DNA of 64,000 bases from the human T2T-CHM13v2.0 reference genome, Homo sapiens, in NCBI RefSeq assembly GCF_009914755.1, contig NC_060941.1. One strand, given 5' to 3'. The notes beneath the pieces were generated by a model. That model made no database searches. It was not told the DNA's origin and saw nothing but the letters and a program-made list of their open reading frames with translations. Of the stretch, positions 37,401 to 50,089 are shown piece by piece. The translations under genes were made by a program, and so were the position numbers. The stretch's first letter is position 1. Each line of letters starts with the position of its first letter.

Positions 37401-39570
37401 TAGATAGAAGCATTCTCAGAAACTGCTTTGTGATGATTGCATTCACCTCACAGAGTTGAACATTCCTATTGATAGAGCAGTTTGGAAACACTCTTGTTGT
37501 GGAATGTGCAAGTGGAGATTTGGAGCGCTTTGAGGCCTATGGTAGTAAAGGGAATAGCTTCATAGAAAAACTAGACAGAAGCATTCTCAGAAAATACTTT
37601 GTGATGATTGAGTTGAACTCACAGAGCTGAACATTCCTTTGGATGGAGCAGGTTTGAGACACACTTTTTGTAGAATCTACAAGTGGATATTTGGACCTCT
37701 CTGAGGATTTCGTTGGAAACGGGATAACTGCACCTAACTAAACGGAAGCATTCTCAGAAACTTCTTGGTGATGTTTGCATTCAAATCCCAGAGTTGAACC
37801 TTCCTTTGATAGTTCAGGTTTGAAACACTCTTTTTGTAGGATCTGCAAGTGGATATTTGGACCACTCTGTGGCCTTTGTTCGAAACGGGTACATCTTCGC
37901 ATAAAATCTAGACAGAAGCCTTCTCAGAAACTTCTCTGTGATGATTGCATTCAACTCACAGAGTTGAACCCTCCTATGGATAGAGCAGTGTTGAAACTCT
38001 CTTTTTGTGGAATCTGCAAGTGGATATGTGGACCTCTCCGAAGATGTCTTTGGAAACGGGAATATCTTCACATAAAAACTAAACAGAAGCATTCTCAGAA
38101 ACTTCTCTGTGATGTTTGTGTTCAACTCCCAGAGTTTCACATTGCTTTTCATAGAGTAGTTCTGAAACATGCTTTTCGTAGTGTCTGCAAGTGGACATTT
38201 GGAGCGCTTTCAGGCCTGTGGTGGAAAACGAATTATGGTCACATAAAAACTGGAGAGAAGCATTGTCAGAAACTTCTTTGTGATGATTGCATTCAACTCA
38301 CAGAGTTGAAGGTTCCTTTTCAAACAGCAGTTTCCAATCACTCTTTCTGTGGAATCTGCAAGTGTATATTTGGACCTCTTTGAAGATTTCGTTGGAAACG
38401 GGAGAATGTTCACAGAAAAGCTAAACAGAAGCATTCTCAGAAACTTCTTTGTGATGCTTGCATTCAACTCACAGAGTTGAACTTTCCTTTCGAGAGAGAA
38501 GCTTTGAAACACTCTTTTTCCAGAATCTGCAAGTGGACATTTGGAGGGCTTTGAGGCCTGTGGTGGAAAAGGAATTATCTTCCCGTAAAAGCTAGATAGA
38601 AGCATTCTCAGAAACTACTTTGTGATGATTGCATTCAAGTCACAGAGTTGAACATTCCCTTTGACAGAGCAGTTTGGAAACTCTCTTTGTGTAGAATCTG
38701 CAAGTGGAGATATGGACCGCTTTGAGGACTATGGTAGTAAAGGAAATAGCTTCATATAAAATCTAAACAGTAGCATTCACAGAAAACTCTTGGTGACGAC
38801 TGAGTTTAACTCACAGAGCTGAACATCCCTTTGGATGGAGCAGTTTCGAAAAACACTATTTGTAGAATGTGCAAGTGGATATTGGGGCCTCTCTGAGGAT
38901 TTCGTTGGAAACGGTATAAACCGCACAGAACTAAACAGAAGCATTCTCAGAACATTCTTCGTGATGTTTGCATTCAACTCACAGTGCTGAACCTTTCTTT
39001 GATAGTTCAGCTTTGAAACACTCTTTTTGTAGAAACTGCAAGTGGATATTTGGACCTCTCTGAGGATTTCGTTGGAAACGGGATAAACTGCACAGAACTA
39101 AAACAGAAGCATTCTCAGAACCCTCTTCGTGATGTTTGCATTCAAATCACAGTGCTGAACCTTTCTTTGATAGTTCAGCATTGAAACACTCTTTTTGTAG
39201 AAACTGCAAGTGGATATTTCGTCCTCTCTGAGGATTTCGTTGGAAACGGGATAAACCGCACAGAACTAAACAGAAGCATTCTCAGAACCTTCTTCGTGAT
39301 GTCTGCATTCAACTCACAGTGTGGAACCTTTCTTTGATAGTTCAGCTTTGAAACACTCTTTTTGTTGAAACTGCAAGGGGATAATTGCACTTCTTTGAGG
39401 CCTACTGTAGCAAAAGAAATAACTTCCTATAAAAAGAAGACAGAAGCTTTCTCAGAAAATTCTTTGGGATGATTGAGTTGAACTCACAGAGCTGAACATT
39501 CCTTGCGATGTAGCAGTTTAGAAACACACTTTCTGCAGAATCTGCAAGTGCATATTGAGAACGCTCTGAG

Positions 39571-42500
39571 GAATTCGTTGGAAACGGGATAATTTCAGCT
39601 GACTAAACAGAAGCAGTCTCAGAATCTTCTTTGTGATGTTTGCATTCAAATCCCAGAGTTGAACTTTCCTTTCAAAGTTCACGTTTGAAACACTCTTTTT
39701 GCAGGATCTACAAGTGGATATTTGGACCACTCTGTGTCCTTCGTTCGAAACGGCATATCTTCACATGACATCTAGACAGAAGCATTCTCAGAAGCTTCTC
39801 TGTGATGACTGCATTCAACTCACGGAGTTGAGCACTCCTTTTGAGAGCGCAGTTTTGAAACTCTCTTTCTGTGGCATCTGCAAGGGGACATGTGGACCTC
39901 TTTGAAGATTTCGTTGGAAACGGAATCATCTTCACATAAAAACAATACAGATGCATTCTCAGGAACTTTTTGGTGATGTTTGTATTCAACTCCTAGAGTT
40001 GAACTTTCCTTTGGAAAGAGCAGCTATGAAACACTCTTTTTCTAGAATCTGCAAGTGGACGTTTGGAGGGCTTTGTGGTTTGTGGTGGAAAAGGAAATAT
40101 CTTCACCTAAATACTAGATAGAAGCCTTCTCAGAAACTGCTTTGTGATGATTGCATTCACCTCACAGAGTTGAACATTCCTATTGATAGAGCAGTTTGGA
40201 AACACTCTTCATCTGGAATGTGCAAGTGGAGATTTGGAGCGCTTTGAGGCCTATGGTAGTAAAGGGAATAGCTTCATAGAAAAACTAGACAGAAGCATCC
40301 TCAGAAAATACTTTGTGATGATTGAGTTTAACTCACAGAGCTGAACATTCCTTTGGATGGAGCAGGTTTGAGACACACTTTTTGTAGAATCTACAAGTGG
40401 ATATTTGGACCTCTCTGAGGATTTCGTTGGAAACGGGATAACTGCACCTAACTAAACGGAAGCATTCTCAGAAACTTCTTGGTGATGTTTGCATTCAAAT
40501 CCCAGAGTTCAACCTTCCTTTGATAGTTCAGGTTTGAAACACACTTTTTGTAGGATCTGCAAGTGGATATTTGGACCACTCTGTGGCCTTCGTTCGAAAC
40601 GGGTACATCTTCGCATAAAATCTAGACAGAAGCCTTCTCAGAAACTTCTCTGTGATGATTGCATTCAACTCACAGAGTTGAACCCTCCTATGGATAGAGC
40701 AGTGTTGAAACTCTCTTTTTGTGGAATCTGCAAGTGGATATGTGGACCTCTCCGAAGATGTCTTTGGAAACGGGAATATCTTCACATAAAAACTAAACAG
40801 AAGCATTCTCAGAAACTTCTCTGTGATGTCTGTGTTCAACTCCCAGAGTTTCACATTGCTTTTCATAGAGTAGTTCTGAAACATGCTTTTCGTAGTGTCT
40901 GCAAGTGGACATTTGGAGCGCTTTCAGGCCTGTGGTGGAAAACGAATTATGGTCACATAAAAACTGGAGAGAAGCATTGTCAGAAACTTCTTTGTGATGA
41001 TTGCGTTCAACTCACAGAGTTGAAGGTTCCTTTTCAAACAGCAGTTTCCAACCACTCTTTCTGTGGAATCCGCAAGTGGATATTTGGACCTCTTTGAAGA
41101 TTTCGTTGGAAACGGGAGAATCTTCACAGAAAAGCTAAACAGAAGCATTCTCAGAAACTTCTTTGTGATGCTTGCATTCAACTCACAGAGTTGAACTTTC
41201 CTTTCGAGAGAGAAGCTTTGAAACACTCTTTTTCCAGAATCTGCAAGTGGACATTTGGAGGGCTTTGAGGCCTGTGGTGGAAAAGGAATTATCTTCCCGT
41301 AAAAGCTAGATAGAAGCATTCTCAGAAACTACTTTGTGATGATTGCATTCAAGTCACAGAGTTGAACATTCCCTTTGACAGAGCAGTTTGGAAACTCTCT
41401 TTGTGTAGAATCTGCAAGTGGAGATATGGACCGCTTTGAGGACTATGGTAGTAAAGGAAATAGCTTCATATAAAAGCTAAACAGTAGCATTCACAGAAAA
41501 CTCTTGGTGACGACTGAGTTTAACTCACAGAGCTGAACATCCCTTTGGATGGAGCAGTTTCGAAACACACTATTTGTAGAATGTGCAAGTGGATATTGGG
41601 GCCTCTCTGAGGATTTCGTTGGAAACGGGATAAACCGCACAGAACTAAACAGAAGCATTCTCAGAACCTTCTTCGTGATGTTTGCATTCAAATCACAGTG
41701 CTGAACCTTTCTTTGATAGTTCAGCTTTGAAACACTCTTTTTGTAGAAACTGCAAGTGGATATTTGGTCCTCTGTGAGGATTTCGTTGGAAGCGGGATAA
41801 ACCGCACAGAACTAAACAGAAGCATTCTCAGAACCTTCTTCGTGATGTCTGCATTCAACTCACAGTGTGGAACCTTTCTTTGATAGTTCAGCTTTGAAAC
41901 ACTCTTTTTGTAGAAACTGCAAGGGGATAATTGCACTTCTTTGAGGCCTACCGTAGTAAAGGAAATAACTTCCTATTAAAAGAAGACAGAAGCTTTCTCA
42001 GAAAATTCTTTGGGATGATTGAGTTGAACTCACAGAGCTGAACATTCCTTGCGATGTAACAGTTTAGAAACACCCTTTCTGCAGAATCTGCAAGTGCATA
42101 TTTGGACCTCTCTGAGGAATTCGTTGGAAACGGGATAATTTCAGCTGACTAAACCGAAACAGTCTCAGAATCTTCTTTGTGATGTTTGCATTCAAATCCC
42201 AGAGTTGAACTTTCCTTTCAAAGTTCACGTTTGAAACACTCTTTTTGCAGGATCTACAAGTGGATATTTGGACCACTCTGTGTCCTTCGTTCAAAACGGG
42301 TATATCTTCACATGGCATCTAGACAGAAGCATTCTCAGAAGCTTCTCTGTGATGACTGCATTCAACTCACGGAGTTGAACACTCCTTTTGAGAGCGCAGT
42401 TTTGAAACTCTCTTTCTGTGGCATCTGCAAGGGGACATGTAGACCTCTCTGAAGGTTTCGTTGGAAACGGAATCATCTTCACATAAAAACTATACAGATG

Positions 42501-44663
42501 CATTCTCAGGAACTTTTTGGTGATGTTTGTATTCAACTCCCAGAGTTGAACTTTCCTTTGGAAAGAGCAGCTATGAAACCCTCTTTTTCTAGAATCTGCA
42601 AGTGGACGTTTGGAGGGCTTTGTGGTTTGTGGTGGAAAAGGAAATATCTTCACCTAAATACTAGATAGAAGCATTCTCAGAAACTGCTTTGTGATGATTG
42701 CATTCACCTCACAGAGTTGAACATTCCTATTGATAGAGCAGTTTGGAAACACTCTTGTTGTGGAATGTGCAAGTGGAGATTTGGAGCGCTTTGAGGCCTA
42801 TGGTAGTAAAGGGAATAGCTTCATAGAAAAACTAGACAGAAGCATTCTCAGAAAATACTTAGTGATGATTGAGTTTAACTCACAGAGCTGAACATTCCTT
42901 TGAATGGAGCAGGTTTGAGACACACTTTTTGTAGAATCTACAAGTGGATATTTGGACCTCTCTGAGGATTTCGTTGGAAACGGGATAACTGCACCTAACT
43001 AAACGGAAGCATTCTCAGAAACTTCTTGGTGATGTTTGCATTCAAATCCCAGAGATGAACCTTCCTTTGATAGTTCAGGTTTGAAACACTCTTTTTGTAG
43101 GATCTGCAAGTGGATATTTGGACCAATCTGTGGCCTTCGTTTGAAACGGGTACATCTTCGCATAAAATCTAGACAGAAGCCTTCTCAGAAACTTCTCTGT
43201 GATGATTGCATTCAACTCACAGAGTTGAACCCTCCTATGGATAGAGCAGTGTTGAAACTCTCTTTTTGTGGAATCTGCAAGCGGATATGTGGACCTCTCC
43301 GAAGATGTCTTTGGAAACGGGAATATCTTAACATAAAAACTAAACAGAAGCATTCTCAGAAACTTCTCTGTGATGTTTGTGTTCAACTCCCAGAGTTTCA
43401 CATTGCTTTTCATAGAGTAGTTCTGAAACATGCTTTTCGTAGTGTCTGCAATTGGACATTTGGAGCGCTTTCAGGCCTGTGGTGGAAAACGAATTATGGT
43501 CACATAAAAACTGGAGAGAAGCATTGTCAGAAACTTCTTTGTGATGATTGCATTCAACTCACAGAGTTGAAGGTTCCTTTTCAAACAGCAGTTTCCAATC
43601 ACTCTTTCTGTGGAATCCGCAAGTGGATATTTGGATCTCTTTGAAGATTTCGTTGGAAACGGGAGAATCTTCACAGAAAAGCTAAACAGAAGCATTCTCA
43701 GAAACTTCTTTGTGATGCTTGCATTCAACTCACAGAGTTGAACTTTCCTTTCGAGAGAGAAGCTTTGAAACACTCTTTTTCCAGAATCTGCAAGTGGACA
43801 TTTAGAGGGCTTTGAGGCCTGTGGTGGAAAAGGAATTATCTTCCCGTAAAAGCTAGATAGAAGCATTCTCAGAAACTACTTTGTGATGATTGCATTCAAG
43901 TCACAGAGTTGAACATTCCCTTTGACAGAGCAGTTTGGAAACTCTCTTTGTGTAGAATCTGCAAGTGGAGATATGGACCACTTTGAGGACTATGGTAGTA
44001 AAGGAAATAGCTTCATATAAAAGCTAAACAGTAGCATTCACAGAAAACTATTGGTGACGACTGAGTTTAACTCACAGAGCTGAACATCTCTTTGGATGGA
44101 GCAGTTTCGAAACACACTATTTGTAGAATGTGCAAGTGGATATTGGGGCCTCTCTGAGGATTTCGTTGGAAACGGGATAAACCGCACAGAACTAAACAGA
44201 AGCATTCTCAGAACCTTCTTCGTGATGTTTGCATTCAAATCACAGTGCTGAACGTTTCTTTGATAGTTCAGCTATGAAACACTCTTTTTGTAGAAACTGC
44301 AAGTGGATATTTGGTCCTCTGTGAGGATTTCGTTGGAAGCGGGATAAACCGCACAGAACTAAACAGAAGCATTCTCAGAACCTTCTTCGTGATGTCTGCA
44401 TTCAACTCACAGTGTGGAACCTTTCTTTGATAGTTCAGCTTTGAAACACTCTTTTTGTAGAAACTGCAAGGGGATAATTGCACTTCTTTGAGGCCTACCG
44501 TAGTAAAGGAAATAACTTCCTATAAAAAGAAGACAGAAGCTTTCTCAGAAAATTCTTTGGGATGATTGAGTTGAACTCACAGAGCTGAACATTCCTTGCG
44601 ATGTAGCAGTTTAGAAACACACTTTCTGCAGAATCTGCAAGTGCATATTTGGACCTCTCTGAG
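39571..44663 (+). repeat. Two tandem 15-mer HOR variants (2,546 and 2,547 bp), m14/m15 hybrid junction
   Basis: EcoRI spacings 2,546 and 2,547. Both carry the same hybrid monomer (ACCTTCTTCG..CAAATCACAG..GGTCCTCTGTGAGG..GGAAGCGGG) at ~41655 and ~44205. Confidence 0.9.
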
Positions 44664-47544
44664 GAATTCGTTGGAAACGGGATAATTTCAGCTGACTAAA
44701 CCGAAACAGTCTCAGAATCTTCTTTGTGATGTTTGCATTCAAATCCCAGAGTTGAACTTTCCTTTCAAAGTTCACGTTTGAAACACTCTTTTTGCAGGAT
44801 CTACAAGTGGATATTTGGACCACTCTGTGTCCTTCGTTCAAAACGGGTATATCTTCACATGACATCTAGACAGAAGCATTGTCAGAAGCTTCTCTGTGAT
44901 GAGTGCATTCAACTCACGGAGTTGAACACTCCTTTTGAGAGCGCAGTTTTGAAACTCTCTTTCTGTGGCATCTGCAAGGGGACATGTAGACCTCTCTGAA
45001 GATTTCGTTGGAAACGGAATCATCTTCACATAAAAACTATACAGATGCATTCTCAGGAACTTTTTGGTGATGTTTGTATTCAACTCCCAGAGTTGAACTT
45101 TCCTTTGGAAAGAGCAGCTATGAAACACTCTTTTTCTAGAATCTGCAAGTGGACGTTTGGAGGGCTTTGTGGTTTGTGGTGGAAAAGGAAATATCTTCAC
45201 CTAAATACTAGATAGCAGCATTCTCAGAAACTGCTTTGTGATGATTGCATTCACCTCACAGAGTTGAACATTCCTATTGATAGAGCAGTTTGGAAACACT
45301 CCTGTTGTGGAATGTGCAAGTGGAGATTTGGAGCGCTTTGAGGCCTATGGTAGTAAAGGGAATAGCTTCATAGAAAAACTAGACAGAAGCATTCTCAGAA
45401 AATACTTAGTGATGATTGAGTTTAACTCACAGAGCTGAACATTCCTTTGAATGGAGCAGGTTTGAGACACACTTTTTGTAGAATCTACAAGTGGATATTT
45501 GGACCTCTCTGAGGATTTCGTTGGAAACGGGATAACTGCACCTAACTAAACGGAAGCATTCTCAGAAACTTCTTGGTGATGTTTGCATTCAAATCCCAGA
45601 GTTGAACCTTCCTTTGATAGTTCAGGTTTGAAACACTCTTTTTGTAGGATCTGCAAGTGGATATTTGGACCACTCTGTGGCCTTCGTTCGAAACGGGTAC
45701 ATCTTCGCATAAAATCTAGACAGAAGCCTTCTCAGAAACTTCTCTGTGATGATTGCATTCAACTCACAGAGTTGAACCCTCCTATGGATAGAGCAGTGTT
45801 GAAACTCTCTTTTTGTGGAATCTGCAAGTGGATATGTGGACCTCTCCGAAGATGTCTTTGGAAACGGGAATATCTTCACATAAAAACTAAACAGAAGCAT
45901 TCTCAGAAACTTCTCTGTGCTGTTTGTGTTCAACTCCCAGAGTTTCACATTGCTTTTCATAGAGTAGTTCTGAAACATGCTTTTCGTAGTTTCTGCAAGT
46001 GGACATTTGGAGCGCTTTCAGGCCTGTGGTGGAAAACGAATTATGGTCACATAAAAACTGGAGAGAAGCATTGTCAGAAACTTCTTTGTGATGATTGCGT
46101 TCAACTCACAGAGTTGAAGGTTCCTTTTCAAACAGCAGTTTCCAATCACTCTTTCTGTGGAATCCGCAAGTGGATATTTGGACCTCTTTGAAGATTTCGT
46201 TGGAAACGGGAGAATGTTCACAGATAAGTTAACAGAAGCATTCTCAGAAACTTCTTTGTGATGCTTGCATTCAACTCACAGAGTTGAACTTTCCTTTCGA
46301 GAGAGAAGCTTTGAAACACTCTTTTTCCAGAATCTGCAAGTGGACATTTGGAGGGCTTTGAGGCCTGTGGTGGAAAAGGAATTATCTTCCCGTAAAAGCT
46401 AGATAGAAGCATTCTCAGAAACTACTTTGTGATGATTGGATTCAAGTCACAGAGTTGAACATTCCCTTTGACAGAGCAGTTTGGAAACTCTCTTTGTGTA
46501 GAATCTGCAAGTGGAGATATGGACCACTTTGAGGACTATGGTAGTAAAGGAAATAGCTTCATATAAAAGCTAAACAGTAGCATTCACAGAAAACACTTGG
46601 TGACGACTGAGTTTAACTCACAGAGCTGAACATCTCTTTGGATGGAGCAGTTTCGAAACACACTATTTGTAGAATGTGCAAGTGGATATTGGGGCCTCTC
46701 TGAGGATTTCGTTGGAAACGGGATAAACCGCACAGAACTAAACAGAAGCATTCTCAGAACCTTCTTCGTGATGTTTGCATTCAACTCACAGTGCTGAACC
46801 TTTCTTTGATAGTTCAGCTTTGAAACACTCTTTTTGTAGAAACTGCAAGTGGATATTTGGACCTCTCTGAGGATTTCATTGGAAACGGGATAAACCGCAC
46901 AGAACTAAAACAGAAGCATTCTCAGAACCCTCTTCGTGATGTTTGCATTCAACTCACAGTGCTGAACCTTTCTTTGATAGTTCAGGTTTGAAACACTCTT
47001 TTTGTAGAAACTGCAAGTGGATATTTGGGCCTCTCTGAGGATTTCATTGGAAACGGGATAAACCGCACAGAACTAAACAGAAGGATTCTCAGAACCTTCT
47101 TCGTGATGTTTGCATTCAACTCACAGTGTTGAACCTTTCTTTGATAGTTCAGGTTTGAAACGGTCTTTCTGTAGAAACTGCAAGTAGATATTTGGACCTC
47201 TCTGAGGATTTCGTTGGAAACGGGATAAACCGCACAGAACTAAACAGAAGCATTCTCAGAACCTTCTTCGTGATGTCTGCATTCAACTCACAGTGTGGAA
47301 TCTTTCTTTGGTAGTTCAGGTTTGAAACACTCTTTTTGTAGAAACTGCAAGGGGATAATTGCACTTCTTTGAGGCCTACCGTAGTAAAGGAAATAACTTA
47401 GTATAAAAAGAAGACAGAAGCTTTCTCAGAAAATTCTTTGTGATGATTGAGTTGAACTCACAGAGCTGAACATTCCTTGCGATGGAGCAGTTTAGAAACA
47501 CACTTTCTGCAGAATCTGCAAGTGCATATTTGGACCTCTCTGAG
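44664..47544 (+). repeat. 17-mer HOR variant (2,881 bp)
   Basis: EcoRI spacing is 2,881. Four rather than three ACC(T/C)TCTTCGTGATG-type monomers start at ~46749, 46917, 47084 and 47251. Confidence 0.92.
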
Positions 47545-50089
47545 GAATTCGTTGGAAACGGGATAATTTCAGCTGACTAAACAGAAGCAGTCTCAGAATC
47601 TTCTTTGTGATGTTTGCATTCAAATCCCAGAGTTGAACTTTCCTTTCAAAGTTCACGTTTGAAACACTCTTTTTGCAGGATATACAAGTGGATATTTGGA
47701 CCACTCTGTGTCCTTCGTTCGAAACGGGTATATCTTCACATGACATCTAGACAGAAGCATTCTCAGAAGCTTCTCTGTGATGACTGCATTCAACTCACGG
47801 AGTTGAGCACTCCTTTTGAGAGCACAGTTTTGAAACTCTCTTTCTGTGGCATCTGCAAGGGGACATGTCGACCTCTTTGAAGATTTCGTTGGAAACGGAA
47901 TCATCTTCACATCAAAACTATACAGATGCATTCTCAGGAACTTTTTGGTGATGTTTGTATTCAACTCCCAGAGTTGAACTTTCCTTTGGAAAGAGCAGCT
48001 ATGAAACACTTTTTCTAGAATCTGCAAGTGGACGTTTGGAGGGCTTTGTGGTTTGTGGTGGAAAAGGAAATATCTTCACCTAAATACTAGATAGAAGCAT
48101 TCTCAGAAACTGCTTTGTGATGATTGCATTCACCTCACAGAGTTGAACATTCCTATTGATAGAGCAGTTTGGAAACACTCTTGTTGTGGAATGTGCAAGT
48201 GGAGATTTGGAGCGCTTTGAGGCCTATGGTAGTAAAGGGAATAGCTTCATAGAAAAACTAGACAGAAGCATTCTCAGAAAATACTTTGTGATGATTGAGT
48301 TTAATTCACAGAGCTGAACATTCCTTTGGATGGAGCAGGTTTGAGACACACTTTTTGTAGAATCTACAAGTGGATATTTGGATCTTTCTGAGGATTTCAT
48401 TGGAAACGGGATAACTGCACCTAACTAAACGGAAGCATTCTCAGAAACTTCTTGGTGATGTTTGCATTCAAATCCCAGAGTTGAACCTTCCTTTGATAGT
48501 TCAGGTTTGAAACACTCTTTTTGTAGGATCTGCAAGTGGATATTTGGACCACTCTGTGGCCTTCGTTCGAAACGGGTACATCTTCGCATAAAATCTAGAC
48601 AGAAGCCTTCTCAGAAACTTCTCTGTGATGATTGCATTCAACTCACAGAGTTGAACCCTCCTATGGATAGAGCAGTGTTGAAACTCTCTTTTTGTGGAAT
48701 CTGCAAGTGTATATGTGGACCTCTCCAAAGATGTCTTTGGAAACGGGACTATCTTCACATAAAAACTAAACAGAAGCATTCTCAGAAACTTCTCTGTGAT
48801 GTTTGTGTTCAACTCCCAGAGTTTCACATTGCTTCTCATAGAGTAGTTCTGAAACATGCTTTTCGTAGTGTCTGCAAGTGGACATTTGGAGCGCTTTCAG
48901 GCCTGTGGTGGAAAACGAATTATGGTCACATAAAAACTGGAGAGAAGCATTGTCAGAAACTTCTTTGTGATGATTGCATTCAACTCACAGAGTTGAAGGT
49001 TCCTTTTCAAACAGCAGTTTCCAATCACTCTTTCTGTGGAATCTGCAAGTGGATATTTGGAACTCTTTGAAGATTTCGTTGGAAACGGGAGAATCTTCAC
49101 AGAAAAGCTAAACAGAAGCATTCTCAGAAACTTCTTTGTGATGCTTGCATTCAACTCACAGAGTTGAACTTTCCTTTAGAGAGAGAAGCTTTGAAACACT
49201 CTTTTTCCAGAATCTGCAAGTGGACATTTGGAGGGCTTTGAGGCCTGTGTTGGAAAAGGAATTATCTTCCCGTAAAAGCTAGATAGAAGCATTCTCAGAA
49301 ACTACTTTTTGATGATTGCATTCAAGTCACAGAGTTGAACATTCCCTTTGACAGAGCAGTTTGGAAACTCTCTTTGTGTAGAATCTGCAAGTGGAGATAT
49401 AGACCGCTTTGAGGACTATGGTAGTAAAGGAAATAGCTTCATATAAAAGCTAGACAGTAGCATTCAGAGAAAACTCTTGGTGACGACTGAGTTTAACTCA
49501 CAGAGCTGAACATCCCTTTGGATGGAGCAGTTTCGAAACACACTATTTGTAGAATGTGCAAGTGGATATTTGGGCCTCTCTGAGGATTTCGTTGGAAACG
49601 GGATAAACCGCACAGAACTAAACAGAAGCATTCTCAGAACCCTCTTCTTGATGTTTGCATTCAACTCACACTGCTGAACCTTTCTTTGATAGATCAGCTT
49701 TGAAACACTCTTTTTGTAGAAAGTGCAAATGGATATTTGGTCCTCTCTGAGGATTTCATTGGAAACGGGATAAACCGCACAGAACAAAACAGAAGCATTC
49801 TCAGAACCTTCTTCGTGATGTCTGCATTCAACTCACAGTGTGGAAACTTTCTTTGATAGTTCAGGTTTGAAACACTCTTTTTGTAGAGACTGCAAGGGGA
49901 TAATTGCACTTCTTTGAGGCCTACCGTAGTAAAGGAAATAACTTCCTATAAAAAGAAGACAGAAGCTTTCTCAGAAAATTCTTTGGGATGATTGAGTTGA
50001 ACTCACAGAGCTGAACATTCCTTGCGATGTAGCAGTTTAGAAACACACTTTCTGCAGAATCTGCAAGTGCATATTTGGACCTCTCTGAG
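47545..50089 (+). repeat. 15-mer HOR variant (2,545 bp)
   Basis: EcoRI spacing is 2,545. m13 (ending AACTAAACAGAAG) is followed directly by a diverged m15 at ~49629, and there is a 2-bp deletion near 48010. Confidence 0.9.
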
